A DNA stretch of 64,000 bases from a bacterium (GCA_025774935.1 JALGZK010000010.1:3640-67639), one strand, 5' to 3'. Shown: positions 37,133-47,488, numbered from the stretch's first letter. Numbers and translations are program-made. Notes: generated by a model from the sequence alone, not told the origin.

Positions 37133-38580
37133 CGCCGGGCCTCCTTCCCCGCCGCGCTCGAGAGGCGGGCGAGCGCAAGCTCCCGCCCGAGTGTCGCCGC
37201 GACGTCGCCGAGCGCCGGGCCGTGCGTCCGTCCCGTCAGAGCGGCGCGCGCCGGCATGAAGAGGTCCTTCCCCTTGACGCCGAGTTCCTTCCCGACGCCC
37301 TTCAGAATCGACTTGAAGGTCTCGGGAGCGAGCGCGGCCGTCTCGCGCTCCACCGCGGAGTGGAGCGCCTGGACCACGCGGGCCCCGACCTCACCTTCGA
37401 CCCAGTCCCGCGCCTCGGTCTCGAACTCCAGTCCGTCTTCGAAGAAGATCGCGATCTCGTCGGGAATGTCGCTCAGGCGCTCGATGCCGTCTCGCACCAG
37501 GTCGACCATCTGCGCGAACCGCGCCGCATCGGCCTCGACGAACCCCGCTCCCTCCGCGAACGGACGCGCGAGATCGGCGACGCGCTCGAGAGGCTCCTCC
37601 CGGATGTGGTGGGCGTTGACCCACGAGAGCTTGTCCTCGTCGAACGCGGCCGGCGACGGGGAGACCCGGTCGAGCTCGAACGCCCCGACGAGTTGCTCGC
37701 GCGTCAGGATCTCCGCGGCCTCGGGGTGGGACCAGCCGAGGAGCGCCAGGTAGTTCACGATGCCCCCGGGAAGGAAGCCCTGCTCCCTGAACTCCGCGAC
37801 CGACGTCGCGCCGCGCCGCTTCGAGAGCTTGCTCCTGTCCTTGTCGACGATGAGCGAGACGTGCACGAAGGTCGGCGGCTCGAACCCGAGCGCCCGGTAG
37901 ACGAGGATCTGGCGCATGGTGTTCGAGAGGTGCTCCTCCGCGCGGATGACGTGCGAGATGTCCATGAGAGCGTCGTCCACGACGACCGCGAAGTTGTAGG
38001 TCGGCCTTCCGTCGCTCCTCATGATGACGAAGTCCCCGAGCATGTCCTTCCCGAACTCCACGGCTCCCCTAACGAGGTCCTCGAACGCGATGTCTTCCGT
38101 CGGTCCGTAGAGTCGGACGACCGGAGGCCTGCCTTCACTTCGCAGCCTCTCCTCGTCTTCCGGGGAGATGCCCCGGCAGGTGCCGTCATACTGCGGTACG
38201 AGCCCCCTCGCGAGCGCGTCCTTTCGCTTCGCCTCGAGCTCCCCGTCCGTGCAGTAGCAGCGGAACGCCTTCCCCTCCTCGAGGAGCCTCTCGGCCTGCT
38301 CCCGGTAGATCTCGCGCCTCTCCGATTGGCGGTAGGGTCCCCTGTCGCCACCCGCCCCGGGACCCTCGTCCCAGGAGAGCCCCAGCCACTCGAGGTCTTG
38401 GAGCACGGCCTTCTCGGATTCGGCGGTCGACCTCGCCGTGTCCGTGTCCTCGATCCGGAGGATGAACGTGCCGCCCGTGTGCCTGGCGAACAGCCAGTTG
38501 AAGAGCGCCGTCCTGGCGCCGCCTATGTGAAGGTGTCCCGTCGGGCTGGGCGCGAACCTCACTCGTGTGGAACCGGTCAT
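37129..38580 (-). CDS. gltX: Glutamate--tRNA ligase
   Basis: 483 aa; class I aaRS HIGH motif (PSPTGHLHIGGARTA) and KMSKS-like KLSKR; stop overlaps ddl start. Confidence 0.9.
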   Translation of the reverse strand: MTGSTRVRFAPSPTGHLHIGGARTALFNWLFARHTGGTFILRIEDTDTARSTAESEKAVLQDLEWLGLSWDEGPGAGGDRGPYRQSERREIYREQAERLLEEGKAFRCYCTDGELEAKRKDALARGLVPQYDGTCRGISPEDEERLRSEGRPPVVRLYGPTEDIAFEDLVRGAVEFGKDMLGDFVIMRSDGRPTYNFAVVVDDALMDISHVIRAEEHLSNTMRQILVYRALGFEPPTFVHVSLIVDKDRSKLSKRRGATSVAEFREQGFLPGGIVNYLALLGWSHPEAAEILTREQLVGAFELDRVSPSPAAFDEDKLSWVNAHHIREEPLERVADLARPFAEGAGFVEADAARFAQMVDLVRDGIERLSDIPDEIAIFFEDGLEFETEARDWVEGEVGARVVQALHSAVERETAALAPETFKSILKGVGKELGVKGKDLFMPARAALTGRTHGPALGDVAATLGRELALARLSSAAGKEARR

Positions 38581-38682
38581 GATCTCTCCGTTCGGGCTTC
38601 CAGTGATCCCGTCGTGGCCGGGCCGGCGTTGCGCCGGTGCTCCCGCCCCTCCAGCCGGCCGTGCGCCGACCCTACACCACGC

Positions 38683-39429
38683 TCATCTCCGGCGCGACAG
38701 GCGCATCACCTTCTGGCGCGCGGGGACCCGCGGCGGCCGCCCGATGGCCATGAGGAAGATGAGCACCACGCCGGCCGCGAAGCCGCCGATGTGCGCCATG
38801 TAGGCGACGCCCGTCGACGCGCCGAGCCCGACGGTCACCTGCGAGATGAGCTGGAGCACGATCCAGAACCCGAGGACGACGAACGCCGGCATGACCACGA
38901 TCGCCCGCACGACGAGCACTCGCACCGGGTTCCGGGGGTACTTGACGAGATACGCTCCTAGGACGCCGGCGATTGCGCCCGAGGCGCCGAGTGAAGGGAT
39001 GACCGAGTTCGAGGCAAACGCGACGTGCGCCAGACTCGCCCCGATCCCGCAGAGGAGGTAGAAGAGGATGAAGCGCCCGTGTCCGAGGATGTCCTCGATC
39101 TGGTCGCCGAAGATGGCGAGGTAGAGCATGTTCCCGATGATGTGCATCCAGGACCCGTGCATGAACATCGCGGTCAGGAGCGTGATGTGGATGGGAACCG
39201 GGCCCGGAGCCTGCGGGATCTCGAGCGTCTGCCCCGCGAACTCGACCATCTGCGCGTGGACGAGGTCGACGTTCCTGGTGATCTCGAACGGGATCGCGGC
39301 CCAGCCGTAGGTGAACGACTCGCCGATCCCGAGCTGCGCGAGCCAGAAGAGTACGTTGACCCCGATTAGCGTCCAGACCACGTACGGGGTCGTCTCCCTC
39401 TGTGAGTTGTCGTCGCCGAGCGGGAACAT
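38683..39429 (-). CDS. Rhomboid family intramembrane serine protease
   Basis: 248 aa; 6 TM; catalytic GASGAIAGVLGAY (GxSG) and downstream AHIGGFAAGV (His) motifs. Confidence 0.85.
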   Translation of the reverse strand: MFPLGDDNSQRETTPYVVWTLIGVNVLFWLAQLGIGESFTYGWAAIPFEITRNVDLVHAQMVEFAGQTLEIPQAPGPVPIHITLLTAMFMHGSWMHIIGNMLYLAIFGDQIEDILGHGRFILFYLLCGIGASLAHVAFASNSVIPSLGASGAIAGVLGAYLVKYPRNPVRVLVVRAIVVMPAFVVLGFWIVLQLISQVTVGLGASTGVAYMAHIGGFAAGVVLIFLMAIGRPPRVPARQKVMRLSRRR

Positions 39430-39524
39430 CGTTCACTCCGGTGTGCCGGCGGGCGTCGCCGGCCTGAGCTGGATCGGGGCCCCCGCCACCCACGTCGGTG
39501 AGGGCGCGTCGACCCCTCCGCCGC

Positions 39525-39926
39525 CTAGTCACCCGTTCCCGACGCGGCCTTCTGCTCCACTCCGAGCCAGTCCTCGGCCTCCCTCATCTCCCTGAAGACG
39601 CTCAGCTCGATCGACACGTCCCCGAGGTGCGCCTGGAGCATCCGGATGAGCCCGAAGCTCGCATCCGTCGGAGCCACAACTGCCACCTTGAGTGGCCCGA
39701 TCTCCTCGACGTGGCTCTTGACGTACGCCGCCACCCTGGCGACGTCGGCCTTGTGCGCGGTCGTGGTGACGCCACGCATGTCCGTGAGCATGTGCATCCC
39801 TGGACGGTAGTCGGGATCGCGGAGCGCCTCGTCAAAGCTCTCGAGGAGCTCGTCGGTCGTCACGACGCCGGTCAGGGTGCGGTAGAGGATCCCCGCTTCC
39901 TTGTCGATGACATAGATGGTAGGCAT
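39525..39926 (-). CDS. Hypothetical protein (small soluble, possible STAS-like fold)
   Basis: 133-aa ORF with plausible composition; no confident family assignment. Confidence 0.45.
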   Translation of the reverse strand: MPTIYVIDKEAGILYRTLTGVVTTDELLESFDEALRDPDYRPGMHMLTDMRGVTTTAHKADVARVAAYVKSHVEEIGPLKVAVVAPTDASFGLIRMLQAHLGDVSIELSVFREMREAEDWLGVEQKAASGTGD

Positions 39927-39977
39927 GCACTCACCCCTTCGAGTTGCGGTCGACGCTTGCCGGACGTCGCCCCGCCG

Positions 39978-40517
39978 CTACTCCACCAGGAGGATGGCGT
40001 AGCGGTTCATGGTCTGGTCGCGGCTCGTCAGGACCTCGATGGGGTAGCCGCACGCGCGCACCGTCGAGAACACGTCGACTCCGAGACCCTCGGCGCTCGG
40101 TCTCGCAGACTCGGGGTGCAGGCAGGTCTCGGGCGTTCCCGGACACTCGTCGCAGATATGGCAGGAGCTCGTGCCCATGACGAAGGCCTTCTCGGACCCC
40201 GCCAGGAACGCTCCTCGTTCGATCTCCAGGAGCGTCGCATTCAGCTCGGCCGTCCAGACGTGACGCTTCTCGGGGTCGTCGAGCCGCTTCTCAAATCGGA
40301 AGACGACGGCGGACGTGTATTCGCCAATGAACTCCCTGCACTCGTCCACCGGCGGGTTGTGCGGAGGACACGCGGCGGTCCGGCCGTAGTCCTCGCATCC
40401 GAACCGGCACTTCATCCGGACCCACTGGGCCACCACGATGCTTGCCGCGTCGATCCACCTGTAATCCTCGCAGCCCTTCTCCCGAAAGAGCGCCTCCAGC
40501 GCTGCTCGATCTGCCAT
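39978..40517 (-). CDS. DUF2284-like Cys-rich predicted metal-binding protein
   Basis: ORF 39978..41021; start at internal ATG (MADRAALEALFREKGCEDYRW); multiple Cys clusters (KCRFGCEDYG, CHICDECPGTPETC); the upstream ORF portion is Arg-rich. Confidence 0.6.
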   Translation of the reverse strand: MADRAALEALFREKGCEDYRWIDAASIVVAQWVRMKCRFGCEDYGRTAACPPHNPPVDECREFIGEYTSAVVFRFEKRLDDPEKRHVWTAELNATLLEIERGAFLAGSEKAFVMGTSSCHICDECPGTPETCLHPESARPSAEGLGVDVFSTVRACGYPIEVLTSRDQTMNRYAILLVE

Positions 40518-40540
40518 CTTCACCCCGCTTGTACGTCGGT

Positions 40541-40861
40541 TCAGAGATCGACTGGCTCGAAGTTCGCGAACCGCTCGGCCGACTCCGGTAGCTCGGACAG
40601 GCTCGGGAACTCGGCGCACTCGATGAGCCGCTCCCACAGCTCCCGCACCGCCTCGTGCTCGTGTGCCTTCGTCTTCGCCTCGGGCGACGCCCACTCGATG
40701 ACCTCGACGATGGTGCCGTCGCGCGAGCGCATGACGACCCGCGGCCGGTCGGTCACGAAACCGTGCGCGCGCAGTGTGGGGTCGTGCTGTCTGACCGTGT
40801 CGAGCAGATCGACGTCTCTGCCCGGCTTCGGACGATAACACGCTACGGCGATTCCCGCCAT
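40541..40861 (-). CDS. Small ABM (antibiotic-biosynthesis-monooxygenase)-like / Dabb-fold protein
   Basis: ORF 40541..41272; start at internal ATG (MAGIAVACYRPKPGRD) with GGAGA upstream; ~106 aa, composition typical of ferredoxin-like ABM proteins; assignment tentative. Confidence 0.45.
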   Translation of the reverse strand: MAGIAVACYRPKPGRDVDLLDTVRQHDPTLRAHGFVTDRPRVVMRSRDGTIVEVIEWASPEAKTKAHEHEAVRELWERLIECAEFPSLSELPESAERFANFEPVDL

Positions 40862-40911
40862 GCTCTCGTTCTCCTGTGATGGCCCGCGAGGAAACGTCCC
40901 ATGCCCGAGGG

Positions 40912-42261
40912 TCACTCGACCGCGGGGTCGATCCGCACGTACGCGCGCTCGCCCGACTTCTCGACGGTCGCGCCCTCGATGTCGAGCTTGAACGCGGGCA
41001 GCTCCAGCGCCACGTGCCCACCCGAGACCTCGAGCGCCGGCTCGCCGGCGAGCCCGGTAAGGACCACCCGGGTGACGCCGTTGTAGAGCGGATGCGGACC
41101 GGGACCTTCGGTGAGCACGGTGTCTCCCATGACGTCGATCGTGCCGGCGTCGTTCCCCAGAGACAGGTAGCGCCTGTGGATGAGTCCCCCCTCGATCCGG
41201 TCCACGTTCATGGGATCGAACCCTCTGAGCCAGAGCCTCTGGCTCAGGGGCGCCTCCACGATGAGGCGCCACCCCGGGGCCGACTCGAACTCCTGCTTGC
41301 GCCGGTCGCGCTCGGCCATGAGCGCTTCGACGTCCTCGCCCGCGATGCGCGCGAACTCGTCCTTCTCCTCGGCAGTAAACGCCCGGCGCACGGTCTCCGG
41401 GATCTCCGGGAGCGCCCGCGCCAGATCGACGTCGGGGAATCGTTCCTCGTCGTCACCGAACCCGTCGCGCCACCCTGGGTCGTAGCGATCCAGGAGGAAC
41501 GCGAACGCGACGCCCGTCTGGTAGGAACGGGCACGGACGTTCGTCGCATCGAACCCGCCCTCGGGGAGCTCCGGGTCGGTCCGTCCGGTGGCGCGGTACT
41601 CGACGTACGTCGGCGTCCCTTCGCCCACCTCGGTCCCCCGTTCGTAGGCCGGGAACTCGGCCTCCATCTGCCCGAACCGATCGCCCCTCACGTCGAGCGC
41701 GAGGCGCGCCCAACCGGCGACCTCGTCGTCCTCGTCCGCGAGAAACGCGCGCCGGAGCGCCTCGGTCTCCATGCGTCGGAGCGCGAGGAGGTCTGCGCGC
41801 TCGACCGGGAACAGGAAGAGCGACGCCTCGTTCGCGCCCCACCTCCGGTCCGTGTCCCGCTGAAACACGTGGAAGGCCTCGTGGACCGCCACGCCGGCCA
41901 TGCCCGTCACGTCGTGCCTCTCCCGCATGGACTCGATCATGAGCGTCGCCGTCGCGACCTCCCCGATCATCGCCGACGAGTTCGCGACGATGGCCGGGTG
42001 GCGCCCGGCGAACACCTGCGCCCCGTTCCGCTCGACGAACCCCTCGGGCGGGGCGGGGTGCCGGAAAAGCCACGTGTCGGTGCCGTCGTAGACGGCGAGC
42101 GGTATGGCGAGGGGGTCGTAGTCCGGCCAGAGCGTACCGGCGGACGCGATCCGCGCCATCTCCGCTTCGATCTCCAGGGCGGAGATCGGTTCCTCCTCCC
42201 GAGCGCATCCGGCGAGAGCGAGGCATCCGATGAGGAAGAGCGTCAACACCTTCGAGCGCAT
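40912..42261 (-). CDS. Lipoprotein with HExxH zinc-metallopeptidase motif (uncharacterised family)
   Basis: 449 aa; lipoprotein signal MRSKVLTLFLIGCLALAGC; HEAFH motif (AVHEAFHVF). Confidence 0.65.
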   Translation of the reverse strand: MRSKVLTLFLIGCLALAGCAREEEPISALEIEAEMARIASAGTLWPDYDPLAIPLAVYDGTDTWLFRHPAPPEGFVERNGAQVFAGRHPAIVANSSAMIGEVATATLMIESMRERHDVTGMAGVAVHEAFHVFQRDTDRRWGANEASLFLFPVERADLLALRRMETEALRRAFLADEDDEVAGWARLALDVRGDRFGQMEAEFPAYERGTEVGEGTPTYVEYRATGRTDPELPEGGFDATNVRARSYQTGVAFAFLLDRYDPGWRDGFGDDEERFPDVDLARALPEIPETVRRAFTAEEKDEFARIAGEDVEALMAERDRRKQEFESAPGWRLIVEAPLSQRLWLRGFDPMNVDRIEGGLIHRRYLSLGNDAGTIDVMGDTVLTEGPGPHPLYNGVTRVVLTGLAGEPALEVSGGHVALELPAFKLDIEGATVEKSGERAYVRIDPAVE

Positions 42262-42360
42262 GGGAACCTCCGGGATGGAGACGGATCCTGTCGCCTCGGA
42301 GCCGCCCGCTCACGCGTCGGCGACATCGGCTGTTCGCCGCTCGCGATCGCGTCGCGGGCC

Positions 42361-43800
42361 TTACCGCGTGCGTTCTGTCGAGTCGATGGCCAGCAGCGTG
42401 AACTGCGGGTTCCGGTGCGCCACCTCGAGCCTGTCCTCCGATCTATCGATGAACGCACGGTAGTCGTCCGTGTCTTCCGGCCCCGACACGAGGTAGTCCG
42501 CCCCGATCCGCTCGAGGTACGCCCACAGGTCGGCGTCCGATGCTCGATGGTAGACGGACGCGGCGCGGTCCGTGTAGAGGCTGAGCACACGGGGGCGCCT
42601 CGCCACGAACACGTCGGTCTCGTCGGTCGCCTCCCGGACGAACCGGAAGAGGTCCTCCGCGTGTGCGGTCCTGCCGGGGCTCCCGAGCGGTCCGAACTCC
42701 AGAGATGTGTACCGCGCTCCGTACGCGGCCAGGACGACGCACAGGAGGACGGCAAGCGCGCGTCCCCTCGTGCGCTGCGGGAGCGAGGAGGTCACCCTCT
42801 CGAAGGCGAGCATGGTGTGGAACACGTACAGCGGGATCAGTGGGAAGAGGTAGCGCGCCGCGCTCCAGGGCGAGACGAGCAGGACGGCGGCGTAGGCAAG
42901 GGTGAAAGTCTCCACGATCGTCGCCCGTCTGCGGACTCTCCTCGTGAAGCTCCAGACCGCGGCGGCCCCGGTCAGTCCGAAGAGCGCGAGGCGCAGCGGG
43001 GGGAAGTACCCGTTGCTCCAGACGGCGGTCGCGGCCCTCGTGAGCTTGGCGGTGTTGTACCACACGGCCGCCGGGTCCACGGGCCAGAGCCCCGCGACGC
43101 TGCTCCCCGAACCCGGGAACAGCACTCCCTGAAGGAGCACGAGCGCTCCCGTGGCGACCGTGACGAGGACGGCGAACCCCGAGATCTTCCGGTGTCTGAG
43201 AATGTCGAGCAGGATGAGCGCCGGGACGACCGCGAGCCCGACCGCTCTCACGGCCGCGGCGAACCACACGACCACCGAGACCACGAGGGCGTAGAGCGGC
43301 CACGGGAGACGGCGCGCCTCGCCGCGGTAGTACCGCTCGATCAGAAGAAGGCCCGCGAAGAGGAACGGCAGGAACGCGAAGTCGGAACTGATGTGCTCCT
43401 TGTGCAGCCAGAAGACGGGACAGAGACCCGTGATGAGGAGCGCGGCGACCGCGGACGGGCGGGAGAGCTCCTTCGAGACCAGGGTGAAGTAGAGCGGCAG
43501 GAACACCAGGAACAGGAGGATCGTCAGGACCTGCATCACCTCGAGATCCATCCCCCGAAGGCGATAGACCGGGGCGAGAAGGAGTGGGTATCCGGGAGGG
43601 TACGACTGCGGCCCGAGCACCGGGTACTGCGGGTTCACTATGTACCCCGTCTCGGCGTAAGGGACGCCGGTGGCGAGGTTCTTCGCGTGGTGGATGTACA
43701 TCGCGTAGTCGCCGCCGCCTCCGGAACCGTCGCGGACGGTCCCGAAGTAGAAGAACGCGATGACGACGATGATGGCCGCTACGCCGAGGTTCCTCGTCAA
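42361..43800 (-). CDS. Polytopic membrane protein, possible GT-C-type glycosyltransferase (uncharacterised)
   Basis: 479 aa with more than 10 hydrophobic helices and a soluble C-terminal domain; no definitive motif. Confidence 0.55.
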   Translation of the reverse strand: MTRNLGVAAIIVVIAFFYFGTVRDGSGGGGDYAMYIHHAKNLATGVPYAETGYIVNPQYPVLGPQSYPPGYPLLLAPVYRLRGMDLEVMQVLTILLFLVFLPLYFTLVSKELSRPSAVAALLITGLCPVFWLHKEHISSDFAFLPFLFAGLLLIERYYRGEARRLPWPLYALVVSVVVWFAAAVRAVGLAVVPALILLDILRHRKISGFAVLVTVATGALVLLQGVLFPGSGSSVAGLWPVDPAAVWYNTAKLTRAATAVWSNGYFPPLRLALFGLTGAAAVWSFTRRVRRRATIVETFTLAYAAVLLVSPWSAARYLFPLIPLYVFHTMLAFERVTSSLPQRTRGRALAVLLCVVLAAYGARYTSLEFGPLGSPGRTAHAEDLFRFVREATDETDVFVARRPRVLSLYTDRAASVYHRASDADLWAYLERIGADYLVSGPEDTDDYRAFIDRSEDRLEVAHRNPQFTLLAIDSTERTR

Positions 43801-43836
43801 GCTCCCGTCTCCCTCTGGTGCCTCCCGGGCCGAAGG

Positions 43837-45081
43837 TCAGGGCCGTGCGCGGACGACCGCCACGGCGTAGGCCGAGATCGCGAGCCCCTCGCCTTCCGGC
43901 CCGGTCCCCTCGGTCGTCGTGGCCTTGACGGAGACCGCCGCCTCGTCGACACCGAGCGCGCCCGCGAGCGCCCGTCTCATGTCCGGGACGTGAGGCGCGA
44001 GCTTCGGCGCCTCGGCGACGATGGTCACGTCGACGCTCGCGGGATCATGGCCCCGTTCGCGAACGATCGCGACCACCCGCTCCAGGAGGCCGAGACTCGA
44101 GACGTCCCTGAACGCGGGATCGCCCGGAGGGAAGTACCCGCCGATGTCGCCGGCCGCGACGGCGCCCAGGAGCGCGTCCATGACGGCGTGCGCGGCGACG
44201 TCTGCGTCCGACCACCCGTCGAGCCCCTTCCCGAACGGGATGTCGACTCCCGCGAGGACGAGCTTCCGTCCCTCGACCAGGCGGTGGGTGTCGCTCCCCG
44301 TTCCCACGCGCGCTCCCGCCTCGAGGCCCAGCTCGCGGCCCACTCGTGCGACGGCGGTCTCCAGATCGAGCGCCGTCGTCACCTTGACGTTCCCCGCGTC
44401 GCCTTCCACCACGGTCACGCGCCGTCCCACCATCTCGACCGCCTGGGCGTCGTCGGTCACGGCGGCGTCCCCGAGCACGCGGTACGCTTCGTCCAGCACC
44501 GCGCGCCTGAATCCCTGAGGCGTCTGCGAAAGGCCGAGGACCGCGCGGTCGAGCGTCGCGACGACGTCCCTCCCTTCCACGCGCTTCACGGTGTCCGGGA
44601 CCGGCGCGACCGGAACCGCCGCGCCGCACGCGACGGCCGCGTCCACGACCCGGTCGACGAGCTCGCGCGACACGAAGGGCCTCGCTGCGTCGTGGACGAG
44701 GACGACCTCGACCTCTTCGGAGAGCGCGGCGAGACCGCGGACCACCGAGTCCTGCCGGCGCTCCCCCCCCTCGACGACCGCGACACGCGTCCCCTCGAAC
44801 CTGTCCCCGCCAGGCCAACCGGCCTCGCGAAGGAGTCCCTCCGCGGTCGAGACACGGTCCGCCGCGGCGACGATGATCACCTCGGCCGACACCTCGAGCA
44901 GGGGCCGGAGCGCGCGGACGAACATCGGTTCGAGACCGAGAAGGCAGAACTGCTTCGGGGTCGGGTCGCCGACCCTCCTCGACGCGCCGGCCGCGACGAG
45001 GACGGTGCCGATCCGTGGGCCGTTCGTGTCGTCGTTCACTGGGGTCATCTCCTCGGAACGCGTGGAGAACTTAGTCGGCAC
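43837..45081 (-). CDS. ispDF: Bifunctional 2-C-methyl-D-erythritol 4-phosphate cytidylyltransferase / 2-C-methyl-D-erythritol 2,4-cyclodiphosphate synthase
   Basis: IspD N-terminal region (IGTVLVAAGASRRVG...) fused to IspF (GSDTHRLVEGRKLVLAGVDIPFGKGLDGWSDADVAAHAVMDALLGA). Start ambiguous: GTG 45081 or ATG 45048. Confidence 0.9.
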   Translation of the reverse strand: MPTKFSTRSEEMTPVNDDTNGPRIGTVLVAAGASRRVGDPTPKQFCLLGLEPMFVRALRPLLEVSAEVIIVAAADRVSTAEGLLREAGWPGGDRFEGTRVAVVEGGERRQDSVVRGLAALSEEVEVVLVHDAARPFVSRELVDRVVDAAVACGAAVPVAPVPDTVKRVEGRDVVATLDRAVLGLSQTPQGFRRAVLDEAYRVLGDAAVTDDAQAVEMVGRRVTVVEGDAGNVKVTTALDLETAVARVGRELGLEAGARVGTGSDTHRLVEGRKLVLAGVDIPFGKGLDGWSDADVAAHAVMDALLGAVAAGDIGGYFPPGDPAFRDVSSLGLLERVVAIVRERGHDPASVDVTIVAEAPKLAPHVPDMRRALAGALGVDEAAVSVKATTTEGTGPEGEGLAISAYAVAVVRARP

Positions 45082-46024
45082 CCGCCGCGCTCGCGCGTTC
45101 CTCGAACCACGATGCGAGAGGGTCCGCCGCTGCGAGACCGTTCAGGGACCCGGGGAACCGGAACGTCCCCTCGTAGACCGGGCAGACGAGCTCGTCGAGC
45201 GCCGCCGCCCTTCGGTCCTCGGGCACGCGGTCGTGGAAGTGGAGCGGGTAGCTGTACTCGGGCGGAAGCTCTCGCAGGCGGTCCGCGGCGAGAGTGTCGG
45301 TGAGGAGCGCGCTCAGGATCGCCTGGTGCAGGAAGATCCGGTGCTCCTCGTCGGCGTACGGCCCCGACATGAACTCCTCGTCGGAGACAGCGATCTTCCA
45401 GAACTCGAGCCACCGCCGGAGCAGTCCCCTTGACGGGTTCACGGAGAACAGGTGCGTGTTGAAGTAGGGACGAATGGCCTCGCGGTCGACGAACGACTCG
45501 AGCGCTCTCTCGGGCGCGACGACGCCGGCCAGCTGGTAGACTCTCTCCCAGAACCCGTCGACGGGCGAGCCCGCCGGGGAGCCGACGTTCCTCACGTGCA
45601 CCACCCGGAACGCAGCGTCGAGCGACGGCTCGAGGTCGAGAAGGACCGGCGGACCCGTGACGAGACACCCCGGATTCATCCAGACGAGCGTTCCGGCGTC
45701 GTCCCAGGCCATCGTCTCGGCCTCGGACGCCGCGTACACCTTCGCAGCGAAGTGGTGTTCGCGCCACGGCGGCGGGACCAGGAGGGGGATGCCGTAGACG
45801 TTGTCGAGGTCCGCGTGGACCCGGAGGGGAGCGCCGGGATCGGACTGGAAGACGAGCACGGTGGAATCCGCGAGCGTTCCACCGAAGGCCCTCAGGCTCT
45901 CGATCAGTAGCCGGACGCCGCTCTCGTCCTCGGCGGAGCGGGTCAGCGTGAAGACGACGGCGCGCGCGGAGACGGGCGACTCGGCCATGCCGTCGATGCG
46001 AGCGTCTTCAATGGGTTCGGCCAC
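45071..46024 (-). CDS. Hypothetical protein
   Basis: 317-aa ORF with non-repetitive, protein-like composition in the gap between radA and ispDF; no recognised motif. Confidence 0.5.
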   Translation of the reverse strand: MAEPIEDARIDGMAESPVSARAVVFTLTRSAEDESGVRLLIESLRAFGGTLADSTVLVFQSDPGAPLRVHADLDNVYGIPLLVPPPWREHHFAAKVYAASEAETMAWDDAGTLVWMNPGCLVTGPPVLLDLEPSLDAAFRVVHVRNVGSPAGSPVDGFWERVYQLAGVVAPERALESFVDREAIRPYFNTHLFSVNPSRGLLRRWLEFWKIAVSDEEFMSGPYADEEHRIFLHQAILSALLTDTLAADRLRELPPEYSYPLHFHDRVPEDRRAAALDELVCPVYEGTFRFPGSLNGLAAADPLASWFEERASAAGAD

Positions 46025-46060
46025 GGTGCGCCGACTCCTTCGCGTGGGGGACGTTCTCTC

Positions 46061-47488
46061 TCAGATCTCGGGGACCTGGGCGGTGGAGGTCTCCTTCTTC
46101 CTGCCGCCCGGCCGCTCACCCCCAATCAGGGCGCCGATCGCTTCCCGCACCGTGCCCACTTCCACGATCCTGATGTCCTTCGGACGCTCCTCTCGCGGAA
46201 TCGCTCCCTTCGGCACGACGAGCCGCGTGTACCCGAGACGTTCGGCTTCCTGCGCGCGCTTCGCGGCGAGCGTCACGCGGCGCACCTCGCCGCCGAGCCC
46301 GATCTCGCCGAAGACGGCGGTGCGCTCGTCGATCTCCGCGTCCCAGTAACTCGACGCGACGGCGAGCGCGATGCCGAGGTCCGCGGCCGGCTCCTCGACG
46401 CGCACGCCCCCGGCGACACTCACGAAGACGTCGCGGTTCCCGAGCGAGAGACCTCCCCGCCGCTCTAGGACCGCGAGAAGGAGCGGCAGCCTCCGGCGAT
46501 CGATGCCGGTGCTCGAGCGCTGCGGCGTCGCGTAGTTCGTGAGACCCGTCAGCGCCTGGATCTCGACCATGAGCGCGCGCGTTCCCTCGATGGTCCCGAT
46601 CACCGCGGACCCGGACGTCGGGCCGCGCTCGCGGGAGACGAAGAGACCCGACGGGTCGTCGACCTCGACGAGCCCCCTGCCGGTCATCTCGAAGACCCCG
46701 ATCTCGTCGGTCGAGCCGTAGCGGTTCTTGACCGCCCGGAGGATCCGGTACGAGAGATGCTTGTCCCCCTCGAAGTAGAGGACCGTGTCGACCATGTGCT
46801 CGAGGATGCGCGGGCCCGCGATCGCGCCCTGCTTCGTGACGTGACCGATGAGGAAAACGGGCGTGCCGGTCTCCTTCGCCAGACGGACGAGCGCTGCCGC
46901 CGACTCGCGCACCTGGGAGACGCTGCCGGGGGATCCTGCGATCTCGGGAACAAAGACGGTCTGAATGGAGTCGAGGATGACCGCGCCCGGAGAGAGCGAA
47001 CCGGCTACCTCGATCACGCGCGAGACGTCGGTCTCGGTGAGGACCTGGATCGTGCTCGACTCGACCCCGAGCCTCCTGGCCCTCATGCGGAGCTGCGAGC
47101 GGGACTCCTCGCCGGACACGTAGAGCACGGCCTCGCCCGTCCGGGCGAGCGCGTCGCTCACCTGCAGGAGGAGCGTCGACTTGCCGATGCCGGGGTCTCC
47201 GCCCACGAGCACCACGCCGCCGGGAACGACTCCCCCGCCGAGCGCCCGGTCGAGCTCGCCGATCCCGGTCACGAGACGCTCGGTCTCGTCGGCCCTTATC
47301 TCCGTGAGCGGCACCGGGTCCTGACGCACGCCGGCGCCCCGCGACCCTCGCGACCCGCCCGCCGGCGCCCGCGACACCTCCTGCTCGACGAAGGTGTTCC
47401 ACTCTCCGCAGGCCGGGCAGCGCCCGAGCCACTTCGGCGACTCGTGCCCGCAGTCCTTGCAGAAGAAGATGCTGCGCTTCTTCGCCAC
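46061..47488 (-). CDS. radA: DNA repair protein RadA (Sms)
   Basis: ORF 46061..47548; start at GTG (VAKKRSIFFCKDCGHESPKWLGRCPACGEWNTF zinc ribbon) with AGGAGG 5 nt upstream; Walker A GDPGIGKST; KNRYG motif; Lon-like C-terminal domain. Confidence 0.9.
   Translation of the reverse strand: MAKKRSIFFCKDCGHESPKWLGRCPACGEWNTFVEQEVSRAPAGGSRGSRGAGVRQDPVPLTEIRADETERLVTGIGELDRALGGGVVPGGVVLVGGDPGIGKSTLLLQVSDALARTGEAVLYVSGEESRSQLRMRARRLGVESSTIQVLTETDVSRVIEVAGSLSPGAVILDSIQTVFVPEIAGSPGSVSQVRESAAALVRLAKETGTPVFLIGHVTKQGAIAGPRILEHMVDTVLYFEGDKHLSYRILRAVKNRYGSTDEIGVFEMTGRGLVEVDDPSGLFVSRERGPTSGSAVIGTIEGTRALMVEIQALTGLTNYATPQRSSTGIDRRRLPLLLAVLERRGGLSLGNRDVFVSVAGGVRVEEPAADLGIALAVASSYWDAEIDERTAVFGEIGLGGEVRRVTLAAKRAQEAERLGYTRLVVPKGAIPREERPKDIRIVEVGTVREAIGALIGGERPGGRKKETSTAQVPEI

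Noticed and set aside
35738-37753. 671-aa plus-strand ORF
   Set aside because: Arg/Pro/Ala-rich low-complexity translation lying antisense to ddl and gltX; a typical high-GC open-frame artefact.
40876-45303. 1475-aa plus-strand ORF
   Set aside because: Extremely Arg/Glu/Asp-rich with no domain signatures; antisense to ispDF and the hypothetical-protein cluster, which have convincing minus-strand genes.
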